From: Eledone cirrhosa
Taxonomy: Eukaryota
DNA: 64,000 nucleotides
Direction: 5' to 3'
NCBI GenBank assembly: GCA_964016885.1
Contig: CAXHJY010000096.1
Coordinates: 62,001 to 126,000 of the forward strand
The position numbers and the translations under genes were made by a program. Positions 53,671 through 64,000 of this stretch are shown in pieces. Position 1 is the stretch's first letter, and the number at the start of each line of letters is the position of its first letter. The notes below the pieces were generated by a model. The model saw nothing but the letters and a program-made list of their open reading frames with translations. It ran no database searches and was not told the DNA's origin.

Positions 53671-56300
53671 CAGGCGGAGATAATTTATAAAAAAAATCAG
53701 GGGGAGATAATTTGTAAAAAAATCAGGGGGAGATAATTTGTAAAAAAAAAATCAGGGGGAGATAATTTGTAAAAAAAATCAGAGGGAGATAATTTGTAAA
53801 AAAAAATCAGGGGTAGAAAATTTGTAAAAAAAAATCAGGGGGAGATAATTTGTAAAAAAAAATCAGGGGGAGATAATTTGTAAAAAATAATCAGGGGGAG
53901 ATAATTTGTAAAAAAAATCAAGGGGAGATAATTTCCAGCCGTCCAAGGGGAGATAATTTTCAGCCGTCCAAGGGGAGATAATTTCCCGCCAGCCAAGGGA
54001 AGATAATATTTAAAAAAATTAGGCGGAGATAATTTGTAAAAAAAATCAGGGGGAGATAATTTGTAAAAAAATCAGGGGGAGATAATTTGTAAAAAAAATC
54101 AGGGGGAGATAATTTGTAAAAAAAATCAGGGGGGAGATAATTTGTAAAAAAAAATCAGGGGTAGATAATTTGTAAAAAAAAATCAGGGGGAGATAATTTG
54201 TAAAAAAAATCAAGGGGAGATAATTTCCAGCCGTCGAAGGGAAGATAATTTCCAGCCCTCCAAGGGGCTATAATTTCCAGCGTCCAAGGGGAGATAATTT
54301 CCAGCCAGCGAAGGGGAGATAATTTTTTTTAAAAAATCATTGGGAGATTTGTAAAAAAATCAGGGGGAGATAATTCGTAAAAAAAATCAAGGAGAGATAA
54401 TTTCCAGCCGTCCAAGGGGAGGTAATATCTAGCCGTCCAAGGGGAGATAATTTCCAGCCGTCCAAGGGGAGATAATTTCCAGCCGTCCAAGGGTAGATAA
54501 TATCCAGCCGTCCAAGGACATATTTTCCAGCCGTCCAAGGAAAGGTAATTTCTAGCCGTCCAAGGGGAGATAAATTCCAGCCTCCAAGGGGAGATAATTT
54601 CCAGCCAGCCAAGGGGAGATAATTTGTAAAAAAATCAGGGGGAGATAATTTGTAAAAAAAAATCAGGGGGAGATAATTTGTAAAAAAAAATCAGGGGGAG
54701 ATAATTTGTAAAAAAAAATCAGGGGGAGATAATTTGTAAAAAAAATCAGGGGGAGATAATTTGTAAAAAAAATCAGGGGTAGATAATTTGTAAAAAAAAA
54801 TCAGGGGGAGATAATTTGTAAAAAAAAATCAGGGGGAGATAATTTGTAAAAAAAATCAAGGGGAGATAATTTCCAGCCGTCCAAGGAGAGATAATTTAAA
54901 AAAAAATCAGGCGGAGATAATTTGTAAAAAAAAATCAGGGGGAGATAATTTGTAAAAAAAAATCAGGGGGAGATAATTTGTAAAAAAAATCAGGCGGAGA
55001 TAATTTATAAAAAAAATCAGGGGGAGATAATTTGTAAAAAAATCAGGGGGAGATAATTTGTAAAAAAAAAATCAGGGGGAGATAATTTGTAAAAAAAATC
55101 AGAGGGAGATAATTTGTAAAAAAAAATCAGGGGTAGATAATTTGTAAAAAAAAATCAGGGGGAGATAATTTGTAAAAAAAAATCAGGGGGAGATAATTTG
55201 TAAAAAATAATCAGGGGGAGATAATTTGTAAAAAAAATCAAGGGGAGATAATTTCCAGCCGTCCAAGGGGAGATAATTTTCAGCCGTCCAAGGGGAGATA
55301 ATTTCCCGCCAGCCAAGGGAAGATAATATTTAAAAAAATTAGGCGGAGATAATTTGTAAAAAAAATCAGGGGGAGATAATTTGTAAAAAAATCAGGGGGA
55401 GATAATTTGTAAAAAAAATCAGGGGGAGATAATTTGTAAAAAAAATCAGGGGGGAGATAATTTGTAAAAAAAAATCAGGGGTAGATAATTTGTAAAAAAA
55501 AATCAGGGGGAGATAATTTGTAAAAAAAATCAAGGGGAGATAATTTCCAGCCGTCGAAGGGAAGATAATTTCCAGCCCTCCAAGGGGCTATAATTTCCAG
55601 CGTCCAAGGGGAGATAATTTCCAGCCAGCGAAGGGGAGATAATTTTTTTTAAAAAATCATTGGGAGATTTGTAAAAAAATCAGGGGGAGATAATTTGTAA
55701 AAAAAATCAAGGAGAGATAATTTCCAGCCGTCCAAGGGGAGGTAATATCTAGCCGTCCAAGGGGAGATAATTTCCAGCCGTCCAAGGGGAGATAATTTCC
55801 AGCCGTCCAAGGGTAGATAATATCCAGCCGTCCAAGGACATATTTTCCAGCCGTCCAAGGAGAGGTAATTTCTAGCCGTCCAAGGGGAGATAAATTCCAG
55901 CCTCCAAGGGGAGATAATTTCCAGCCAGCCAAGGGGAGATAATTTGTAAAAAAATCAGGGGGAGATAATTTGTAAAAAAAAATCAGGGGTAGATAATTTG
56001 TAAAAAAAAATCAGCGGGAGATAATTTGTAAAAAAAAATCAGGGGGAGATAATTTGTAAAAAAAATCAGGGGGAGATAATTTGTAAAAAAAATCAGGGGT
56101 AGATAATTTGTAAAAAAAAATCAGGGGGAGATAATTTGTAAAAAAAAATCAGGGGGAGATAATTTGTAAAAAAAATCAAGGGGAGATAATTTCCAGCCGT
56201 CCAAGGAGAGATAATTTAAAAAAAAATCAGGCGGAGATAATTTGTAAAAAAAAATCAGGGGGAGATAATTTGTAAAAAAAAATCAGGGGGAGATAATTTG
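53671..56300 (+). repeat. Tandem duplication of 1,320 bp
   Basis: CAGGCGGAGATAATTTATA at 53671 and 54991; ORF pairs 54329/55649 and 54337/55657. Confidence 0.88.
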
Positions 56301-57569
56301 TAAAAAAAATCAAGGGGAGATAATTTCCAGCCGTCCAAGGGGAGATAATTTTCAGCCGTCCAAGGGGAGATAATTTCCCGCCAGCCAAGGGAAGATAATA
56401 TTTAAAAAAATCAGGCGGAGATAATTTATAAAAAAAATCAGGGGGAGATAATTTGTAAAAAAATCAGGGGGAGATAATTTGTAAAAAAAAAATCAGGGGG
56501 AGATAATTTGTAAAAAAAATCAGGGGGAGATAATTTGTAAAAAAAAATCAGGGGTAGATAATTTGTAAAAAAAAATCAGGGGGAGATAATTTGTAAAAAA
56601 AATCAGGGGGAGATAATTTGTAAAAAAAAATCAGGGGTAGATAATTTGTAAAAAAAAATCAGGGGGAGATAATTTGTAAAAAAAATCAAGGGGAGATAAT
56701 TTCCAGCCGTCCAAGGGAAGATAATTTCCAGCCCTCCAAGGGGCTATAATTTCCAGCGTCCAAGGGGAGATAATTTCCAGCCAGCGAAGGGGAGATAATT
56801 TTTTTTTAAATATCATTGGGAGATTTGTAAAAAAAATCAGGGGGAGATAATTTGTAAAAAAAATCAAGGGGAGATAATTTCCAGCCGTCCAAGGGGAGGT
56901 AATATCTAGCCGTCCAAGGGGAGATAATTTCCAGCCGTCCAAGGGGAGATAATTTCCAGCCGTCCAAGGGTAGATAATATCCAGCCGTCCAAGGACATAT
57001 TTTCCAGCCGTCCAAGGAGAGGTAATTTCTAGCCGTCCAAGGGGAGATAAATTCCAGCCTCCAAGGGGAGATAATTTCCAGCCAGCCAAGGGGAGATAAT
57101 TTGTAAAAAAATCAGGGGGAGATAATTTGTAAAAAAAATCAGGGGGAGATAATTTGTAAAAAAAAATCAGGGGGAGATAATTTGTAAAAAAAAATCAGGG
57201 GGAGATAATTTGTAAAAAAAATCAAGGGGAGATAATTTCCAGCCGTCCAAGGGGAGATAATTTTCAGCCGTCCAAGGGGAGATAATTTCCCGCCAGCCAA
57301 GGGAAGATAATATTTAAAAAAATCAGGCGGAGATAATTTGTAAAAAAAATCAGGGGGAGATAATTTGTAAAAAATTCAGGGGGAGATAATTTGTAAAAAA
57401 AAAATCAGGGGGAGATAATTTGTAAAAAAAATCAGGGGGAGATAATTTGTAAAAAAAAATCAGGGGTAGATAATTTGTAAAAAAAATCAGGGGGAGATAA
57501 TTTGTAAAAAAAATGAAAGGGGAGATAATATCCAGCCGTCCAAGGGGAGATAATTTCCAGCCGTCCAAG

Positions 57570-58320
57570 GGGAGATAATTTCCAGCCGTCCAAGGGGAGA
57601 TAATTTCCATCCTTCCAAGGGGATATAATTTCCAGCCGTCCAAGGGGAGATAATTTCCCGCCAGCCAAGGGAAGATAATTTTTTAAAAAATCAGGCGGAG
57701 ATTGTAAAAAAAATCAGGGGGGAGATAATTTGTAAAAAAATCAGGGGGAGATAATTTGTAAAAAAAAATCAGGGGGAGATAATTTGTAAAAAATAATCAG
57801 GGGGAGATAATTTGTAAAAAAAAATCAAGGGGAGATAATTTCCAGCCGTCCAAGGGGAGATAATTTCCATCCTTCCAAGGGGATATAATTTCCAGCCGTC
57901 CAAGGGGAGATAATTTCCCGCCAGCCAAGGGAAGATGATTTTTAAAAAAATCAGGCGGAGATTGTAAAAAAAATCAGGGGGGGAGATAATTTGTAAAAAA
58001 ATCAGGGGGAGATAATTTGTAAAAAAAAAATCAGGGGGAGATAATTTGTAAAAAATAATCAGGGGGAGATAATTTGTAAAAAAAAATCAAGGGGAGATAA
58101 TTTCCAGCCGTCCAAGGGGAGATAATTTCCATCCTTCCAAGGGGATATAATTTCCAGCCGTCCAAGGGGAGATAATTTCCCGCCAGCCAAGGGAAGATGA
58201 TTTTTAAAAAAATCAGGCGGAGATTGTAAAAAAAATCAGGGGGGGAGATAATTTGTAAAAAAATCAGGGGGAGATAATTTGTAAAAAAAAAATCAGGGGG
58301 AGATAATTTGTAAAAAAAAA
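57570..58320 (+). repeat. About 260-bp module in three tandem copies
   Basis: The string CCATCCTTCC...GGATAT...CCCGCCAGCC-AAGGGAAG...AGGCGGAGATTGT repeats, with GAAGAT at 57671, 57931 and 58193. Confidence 0.82.
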
Positions 58321-61300
58321 TCAGGGGGAGATAATTTGTAAAAAAAAATCAGGGGGAGATAATTTGTAAAAAAAATTAGGCGTAGATAATTTGTAAAAAA
58401 AAATCAGGGGGAGATAATTTGTAAAAAAAAATCAGGGGGAGATAATTTGTTTAAAAAATCAAGGGGAGATAATTTGCAGCCGTCCAAGGGGAGATAATTT
58501 TCAGCCGTCCAAGGAGAGGTAATTTCTAGCCGTTCAAGGGGAGATAATTTCCAGCCGTCCAAGGGGAAATAATTTCCAGCCGTCCAAGGGGAGATAATTT
58601 TTTTTAAAAAATCAGGCGGAGATAATTTGTAAAAAAAATCAGGGGGAGATAATTCGTAAAAAAAATCAGGGGGAGATAATTTGTAAAAAAAAATCAGGGG
58701 GAGATAATTTGTAAAAAAAATCAAGGGGAGATAATTTCCAGCCGTCCAAGGGGAGGTAATATCTAGCCGTCCAAGGGGAGATAATTTCCAGCCGTCCAAG
58801 GGGAGATAATTTTTTTTAAAAAATCAGGCGGAGATAATTTGTAAAAAAAATCAGGGGGAGATAATTTGTAAACAAAATCAGGGGGAGATAATTTGTAAAA
58901 AAAAATCAGGGGGAGATAATTTGTAAAAAAAATTAGGCGTAGATAATTTGTAAAAAAAAATCAGGGGGAGATAATTTGTAAAAAAAAATCAGAGGGAGAT
59001 AATTTGTTTAAAAAATCAAGGGGAGATAATTTGCAGCCGTCCAAGGGGAGATAATTTTCAGCCGTCCAAGGAGACATATTTTCCAGCCGTCCAAGGCGAG
59101 GTAATTTCTAGCCGTCCAAGGGGAGATAAATTCCAGCCTCCAAGGGGAGATAATTTCCAGCCAGCCAAGTGGAGATAATTTGTAAAAAAATCAGGGGGAG
59201 ATAATTTGTAAAAAATATCAGGGAGATAATTTGTAAAAAAAAATCAGGGGGAGATAATTTGTAAAAAAAATCAGGGGGAGATAATTTGTAAAAAAAAATC
59301 AGGGGGAGATAATTTGTAAAAAAAATCAAGGGGTGATAATTTCCAGCCGTCCAAGGGGAGATAATTTTCAGCCGTCCAAGGGGAGATAATTTCCCGCCAG
59401 CCAAGGGAAGATAATATTTAAAAAAATTAGGCGGAGATAATTTGTAAAAAAAATCAGGGGGAGATAATTTGTAAAAAAATCAGGGGGAGATAATTTGTAA
59501 AAAAAATCAGGGGGAGATAATTTGTAAAAAAAATTATGGGGAGATAATTTGTAAAAAAAAATCAGGGGTAGATAATTTGTAAAAAAAAATCAGGGGGAGA
59601 TAATTTGTAAAAAAAAATCAGGGGGAGATAATTTGTAAAAAAAATCAAGGGGAGATAATTTCCAGCCGTCCAAGGGGAGATAATTTTCAGCCGTCCAAGG
59701 AGAGGTAATTTCTAGCCGTCGAAGGGGAGATAATTTCCAGCCGTCCAAGGGGAGGTCATTTCCAGCCGTCCAAGGGGAGATAATTTTTAAAAAAAAATCA
59801 GGCGGAGATAATTTGTAAAAAAAATCAAGGGGAGATAATTTGCAGCCGTCCAAGGGGAGATAATTTTCAGTCGTCCAAGGAGAGGTAATTTCTAGCCGTC
59901 CAAGGGGAGATAATTTCCAGCCGTCCAAGGGGAGATAATTTCCAGCCGTCCAAGGGGAGATAATTTTTTTTAAAAAATCAGGCGGAGATAATTTGTAAAA
60001 AAAATCAGGGGGAGATAATTTGTAAAAAAAAATCAGGGGGAGATAATTTGTAAAAAAAATTAGGCGTAGATAATTTGTAAAAAAAAATCAGGGGGAGATA
60101 ATTTGTAAAAAAAAATCAGGGGGAGATAATTTGTTTAAAAAATCAAGGGGAGATAATTTGCAGCCGTCCAAGGGGAGATAATTTTCAGCCGTCCAAGGAG
60201 ACGTAATTTCTAGCCGTTCAAGGGGAGATAATTTCCAGCCGTCCAAGGGGAGATAATTTCCAGCCGTCCAAGGGGAGATAATTTTTTTTAAAAAATCAGG
60301 CGGAGATAATTTGTAAAAAAAAATCAGGGGGAGATAATTCGTAAAAAAAAATCAGGGGGAGATAATTTGTAAAAAAAAATCAGGGGGAGATAATTTGTAA
60401 AAAAAATCAAGGGGAGATAATTTCCAGCCGTCCAAGGGGAGGTAATATCTAGCCGTCCAAGGGGAGATAATTTCCAGCCGTCCAAGGGGAGATAATTTCC
60501 AGCCGTCCAAGGGGAGATAATTTCCAGCCGTCCAAGGAGACATATTTTCCAGCCGTCCAAGGCGAGGTAATTTCTAGCCGTCCAAGGGGAGATAAATTCC
60601 AGCCTCCAAGGGGAGATAATTTCCAGCCAGCCAAGTGGAGATAATTTGTAAAAAAATCAGGGGGAGATAATTTGTAAAAAATATGAGGGAGATAATTTGT
60701 AAAAAAAAATCAGGGGGAGATAATTTGTAAAAAAAATCAGGGGGAGATAATTTGTAAAAAAAAATCAGGGGGAGATAATTTGTAAAAAAAATCAAGGGGA
60801 GATAATTTCCAGCCATCCAAGGGGAGATAATTTTCAGCCGTCCAAGGGGAGATAATTTCCCGCCAGCCAAGGGAAGATAATATTTAAAAAAATCAGGCGG
60901 AGATAATTTGTAAAAAAAATCAGGGGGAGATAATTTGTAAAAAAATCAGGGGGAGATAATTTGTAAAAAAAAAATCAGGGGGAGATAATTTGTAAAAAAA
61001 ATCAGGGGGAGATAATTTGTAAAAAAAAATCAGGGGTAGATAATTTGTAAAAAAAAATCAGGGGGAGATAATTTGTAAAAAAAAATCAGGGGGAGATAAT
61101 TTGTAAAAAAAATGAAAGGGGAGATAATATCCAGCCGTCCAAGGGGAGATAATTTCCAGCCGTCCAAGGGGAGATAATTTCCAGCCGTCCAAGGGGAGAT
61201 AATTTCCATCCTTCCAAGGGGATATAATTTCCAGCCGTCCAAGGGGAGATAATTTCCCGCCAGCCAAGGGAAGATAATTTTTAAAAAAATCAGGCGGAGA

Positions 61301-63170
61301 TTGTAAAAAAAATCAGGGGGGAGATAATTTGTAAAAAAATCAGGGGGAGATAATTTGTTAAAAATAATCAGGGGGAGATAATTTGTAAAAAAATTCAAGG
61401 GGAGATAATTTCCAGCCGTCCAAGGGGAGATAATTTCCCGCCAGCCAAGGGAAGATAATATTTAAAAAAATTAGGCGGAGATAATTTGTAAAAAAAATCA
61501 GGGGGAGATAATTTGTAAAAAAATCAGGGGGAGATAATTTGTAAAAAAAATCAGGGGGAGATAATTTGTAAAAAAAATCAAGGGGAGATAATTTCCAGCC
61601 GTCCAAGGGGAGATAATTTTCAGCCGTCCAAGGGGAGATAATTTCCCGCCAGCCAAGGGAAGATAATATTTAAAAAAATCAGGCGGAGATAATTTGTAAA
61701 AAAAATCAGGGGGAGATAATTTGTAAAAAATTCAGGGGGAGATAATTTGTAAAAAAAAAATCAGAGGGAGATAATTTGTAAAAAAAATCAGGGGGAGATA
61801 ATTTGTAAAAAAAATCAGGGGGAGATAATTTGTAAAAAAAATGAAAGGGGAGATAATATCCAGCCGTCCAAGGGGAGATAATTTCCAGCCGTCCAAGGGG
61901 AGATAATTTCCAGCCGTCCAAGGGGAGATAATTTCCATCCTTCCAAGGGGATATAATTTCCAGCCGTCCAAGGGGAGATAATTTCGAGCCAAGGGGAGAT
62001 AATTTCCAGCCGTCCAAGGGGAGATAATTTTTTAAAAAATCAGGTGGAGATAATTTGTAAAAAAAATCAGGGGGAGATAATTTGTAAAAACAAAATCAAG
62101 GGCAGATAATTTCCAGCTGTCCAAGGGGAGATAATTTCCAGCCGTCCAAGGGGAGATAATTTCCAGCCGTCCAAGGGGAGATAATTTCCATCCTTCCAAG
62201 GGGATATAATTTCCAGCCGTCCAAGGGGAGATAATTTCCCGCCAGCCAAGGGAAGATGAATTTTAAAAAAATCAGGCGGAGATTGTAAAAAAAATCAGGG
62301 GGGGAGATAATTTGTAAAAAAATCAGGGGGAGATAATTTGTAAAAAAAAAATCAGGGGGAGATAATTTGTAAAAAAAAATCAGGGGGAGATAATTTGTGA
62401 AAAAAAAATCAGGGGGAGATAATTTGTAAAAAAATTAGGCGTAGATAATTTGTAAAAAAAAATCAGGGGGAGATAATTTGTAAAAAAAAATCAGGGGGAG
62501 ATAATTTGTTTAAAAAATCAAGGGGAGATAATTTGCAGCCGTCCAAGGGGAGATAATTTTCAGCCGTCCAAAGAGAGGTAATTTCTAGCCGTTCAAGGGG
62601 AGATAATTTCCAGCCGTCCAAGGGGAAATAATTTCCAGCCGTCCAAGGGGAGATAATTTTTTTAAAAAAATCAGGCGGAGATAATTTGTAAAAAAAATCA
62701 GGGGGAGATAATTCGTAAAAAAAAATCAGGGGGAGATAATTTGTAAAAAAAAATCAGGGGGAGATAATTTGTAAAAAAAATCAAGGGGAGATAATTTCCA
62801 GCCGTCCAAGGGGAGGTAATATCTAGCCGTCCAAGGGGAGATAATTTCCAGCCGTCCAAGGGGAGATAATTTTTTTAAAAAAATCAGGCGGAGATAATTT
62901 GTAAAAAAAATCAGGGGGAGATAATTTGTAAACAAAATTAGGGGGAGATAATTTGTAAAAAAAAATCAGGGGGAGATAATTTGTAAAAAAAATTAGGCGT
63001 AGATAATTTGTAAAAAAAAATCAGGGGAGATAATTTGTAAAAAAAAATCAGGGGGAGATAATTTGTTTAAAAAATCAAGGGGAGATAATTTGCAGCCGTC
63101 CAAGGGGAGATAATTTTCAGCCGTCCAAGGAGAGGTAATTTCTAGCCGTTCAAGAGGAGATAATTTCCAG

Positions 63171-64000
63171 CCGTCCAAGGGGAGATAATTTCCAGCCGTC
63201 CAAGGGAAGATAATTTCCAGCCCTCCAAGGGGCTATAATTTCCAGCGTCCAAGGGGAGATAATTTCCAGCCAGCGAAGGGGAGATAATTTTTTTTAAAAT
63301 ATCATTGGGAGATTTGTAAAAAAAATCAGGGGGAGATAATTTGTAAAAAAAATCAAGGGGAGATAATTTCCAGCCGTCCAAGGGGAGGTAATATCTAGCC
63401 GTCCAAGGGGAGATAATTTCCAGCCGTCCAAGGGGAGATAATTTCCAGCCGTCCAAGGGTAGATAATATCCAGCCGTCCAAGGACATATTTTCCAGCCGT
63501 CCAAGGAGAGGTAATTTCTAGCCGTCCAAGGGGAGATAAATTCCAGCCTCCAAGGGGAGATAATTTCCAGCCAGCCAAGGGGAGATAATTTGTAAAAAAA
63601 TCAGGGGGAGATAATTTGTAAAAAAAATCAGGGGGAGATAATTTGTAAAAAAAAATCAGGGGGAGATAATTTGTAAAAAAAAATCAGGGGGAGATAATTT
63701 GTAAAAAAAAATCAGGGGGAGATAATTTCCAGCCGTCCAAGGGGAGATAATTTTCAGCCGTCCAAGGGGAGATAATTTCCCGCCAGCCAAGGGAAGATAA
63801 TATCTAAAAAAATCAGGCGGAGATAATTTGTAAAAAAAATCAGGGGGAGATAATTTGTAAAAAATTCAGGGGGAGATAATTTGTAAAAAAAAAATCAGGG
63901 GGAGATAATTTGTAAAAAAAATCAGGGGGAGATAATTTGTAAAAAAAAATCAGGGGTAGATAATTTGTAAAAAAAATCAGGGGGAGATAATTTGTAAAAA
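63171..64000 (+). repeat. Start of a fifth super-unit copy (matches roughly 890-1720)
   Basis: ORF 63294..63578 is identical to 1003..1287, and the TATCATTGGGAGA marker is at about 63300. Confidence 0.7.

Larger units (their letters stand above)
49941..63170 (+). repeat. Higher-order super-unit copy 4 (about 13 kb; lacks the distal ~5 kb of copies 1-2)
   Basis: ORF-track matches 884/50630, 1576/51322, 5139/54329, 6868/57350, 8340/59108, then constant offset 46764 (13560/60324, 14266/61030, 14942/61706, 15303/62067). Confidence 0.8.
1..64000. repeat. Tandem satellite array of two interleaved monomer families (A, 26-29 bp; B, 25 bp) sharing the core GGGGAGATAATTT; extends beyond both window ends
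   Basis: Every line consists of variants of AGGGGGAGATAATTTGT(A)nTC or AAGGGGAGATAATTTCCAGCCGTCC, head to tail in the same orientation. No non-repeat sequence was seen. Confidence 0.99.

Noticed and set aside
884-63578. About 150 minus-strand ORFs of 60-152 aa
   Set aside because: They are translations of the repeat. Overlapping frames give the same peptides, most starts are TTG within the monomer, frames break wherever A-tract length changes, and there is no recognisable domain. The strand bias follows from TAA in every plus-strand unit.
1-64000. CRISPR-like repeat-spacer appearance
   Set aside because: The constant part is only about 13 bp, the intervening sequences are 12-16 bp and fall into two recurring classes rather than unique spacers, and there is no leader or cas gene.
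1-64000. Telomeric repeat array (G-rich strand, occasional TTAGGC)
   Set aside because: TTAGGC occurs only as an isolated variant of TCAGGC and never in tandem. Kb-scale higher-order duplications indicate recombinational amplification rather than telomerase synthesis. A subtelomeric location cannot be excluded.
1-64000. Whole window as a sequencing, amplification or assembly artefact
   Set aside because: Hierarchically shared variants, copy-specific substitutions and stable homopolymer lengths fit real evolutionary history. Exact copy number and order still need long-read confirmation.
1-64000. Plasmid iterons, viral origin repeats or integron attC array
   Set aside because: The array is far larger than such elements, no rep or integrase gene is present, and there are no cassettes between the repeats.

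Overview
The whole 64 kb is one uninterrupted, single-orientation tandem repeat array (satellite or very large minisatellite). I found no unique sequence, gene, RNA gene or mobile element. It is built from two interleaved monomer families that share the core GGGGAGATAATTT. Type A is AGGGGG-AGATAATTT-GT(A)7-10-TC (26-29 bp, mostly 27-28). Type B is AAGGGG-AGATAATTT-CCAGCCGTCC (25 bp). Runs of A and B alternate and are joined by stereotyped junction monomers into modules of about 150-600 bp. The modules are nested in kb-scale duplications (about 0.26, 0.37, 0.61, 1.10, 1.16, 1.32, 3.69 and 5.29 kb offsets). These in turn sit in a variable-length super-unit whose copies start near 1, 21206, 39130, ~49950 and ~63170. 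All listed ORFs are on the minus strand and are by-products of the repeat. The organisation suggests eukaryotic heterochromatic satellite, but neither organism nor function can be determined from the sequence. The most notable observations are the two-state monomer grammar, the nested higher-order structure, hybrid monomers marking exchange in the shared core, and a length-conserving T/A boundary shift. Offsets come from hand comparison and the ORF track, not from an alignment.
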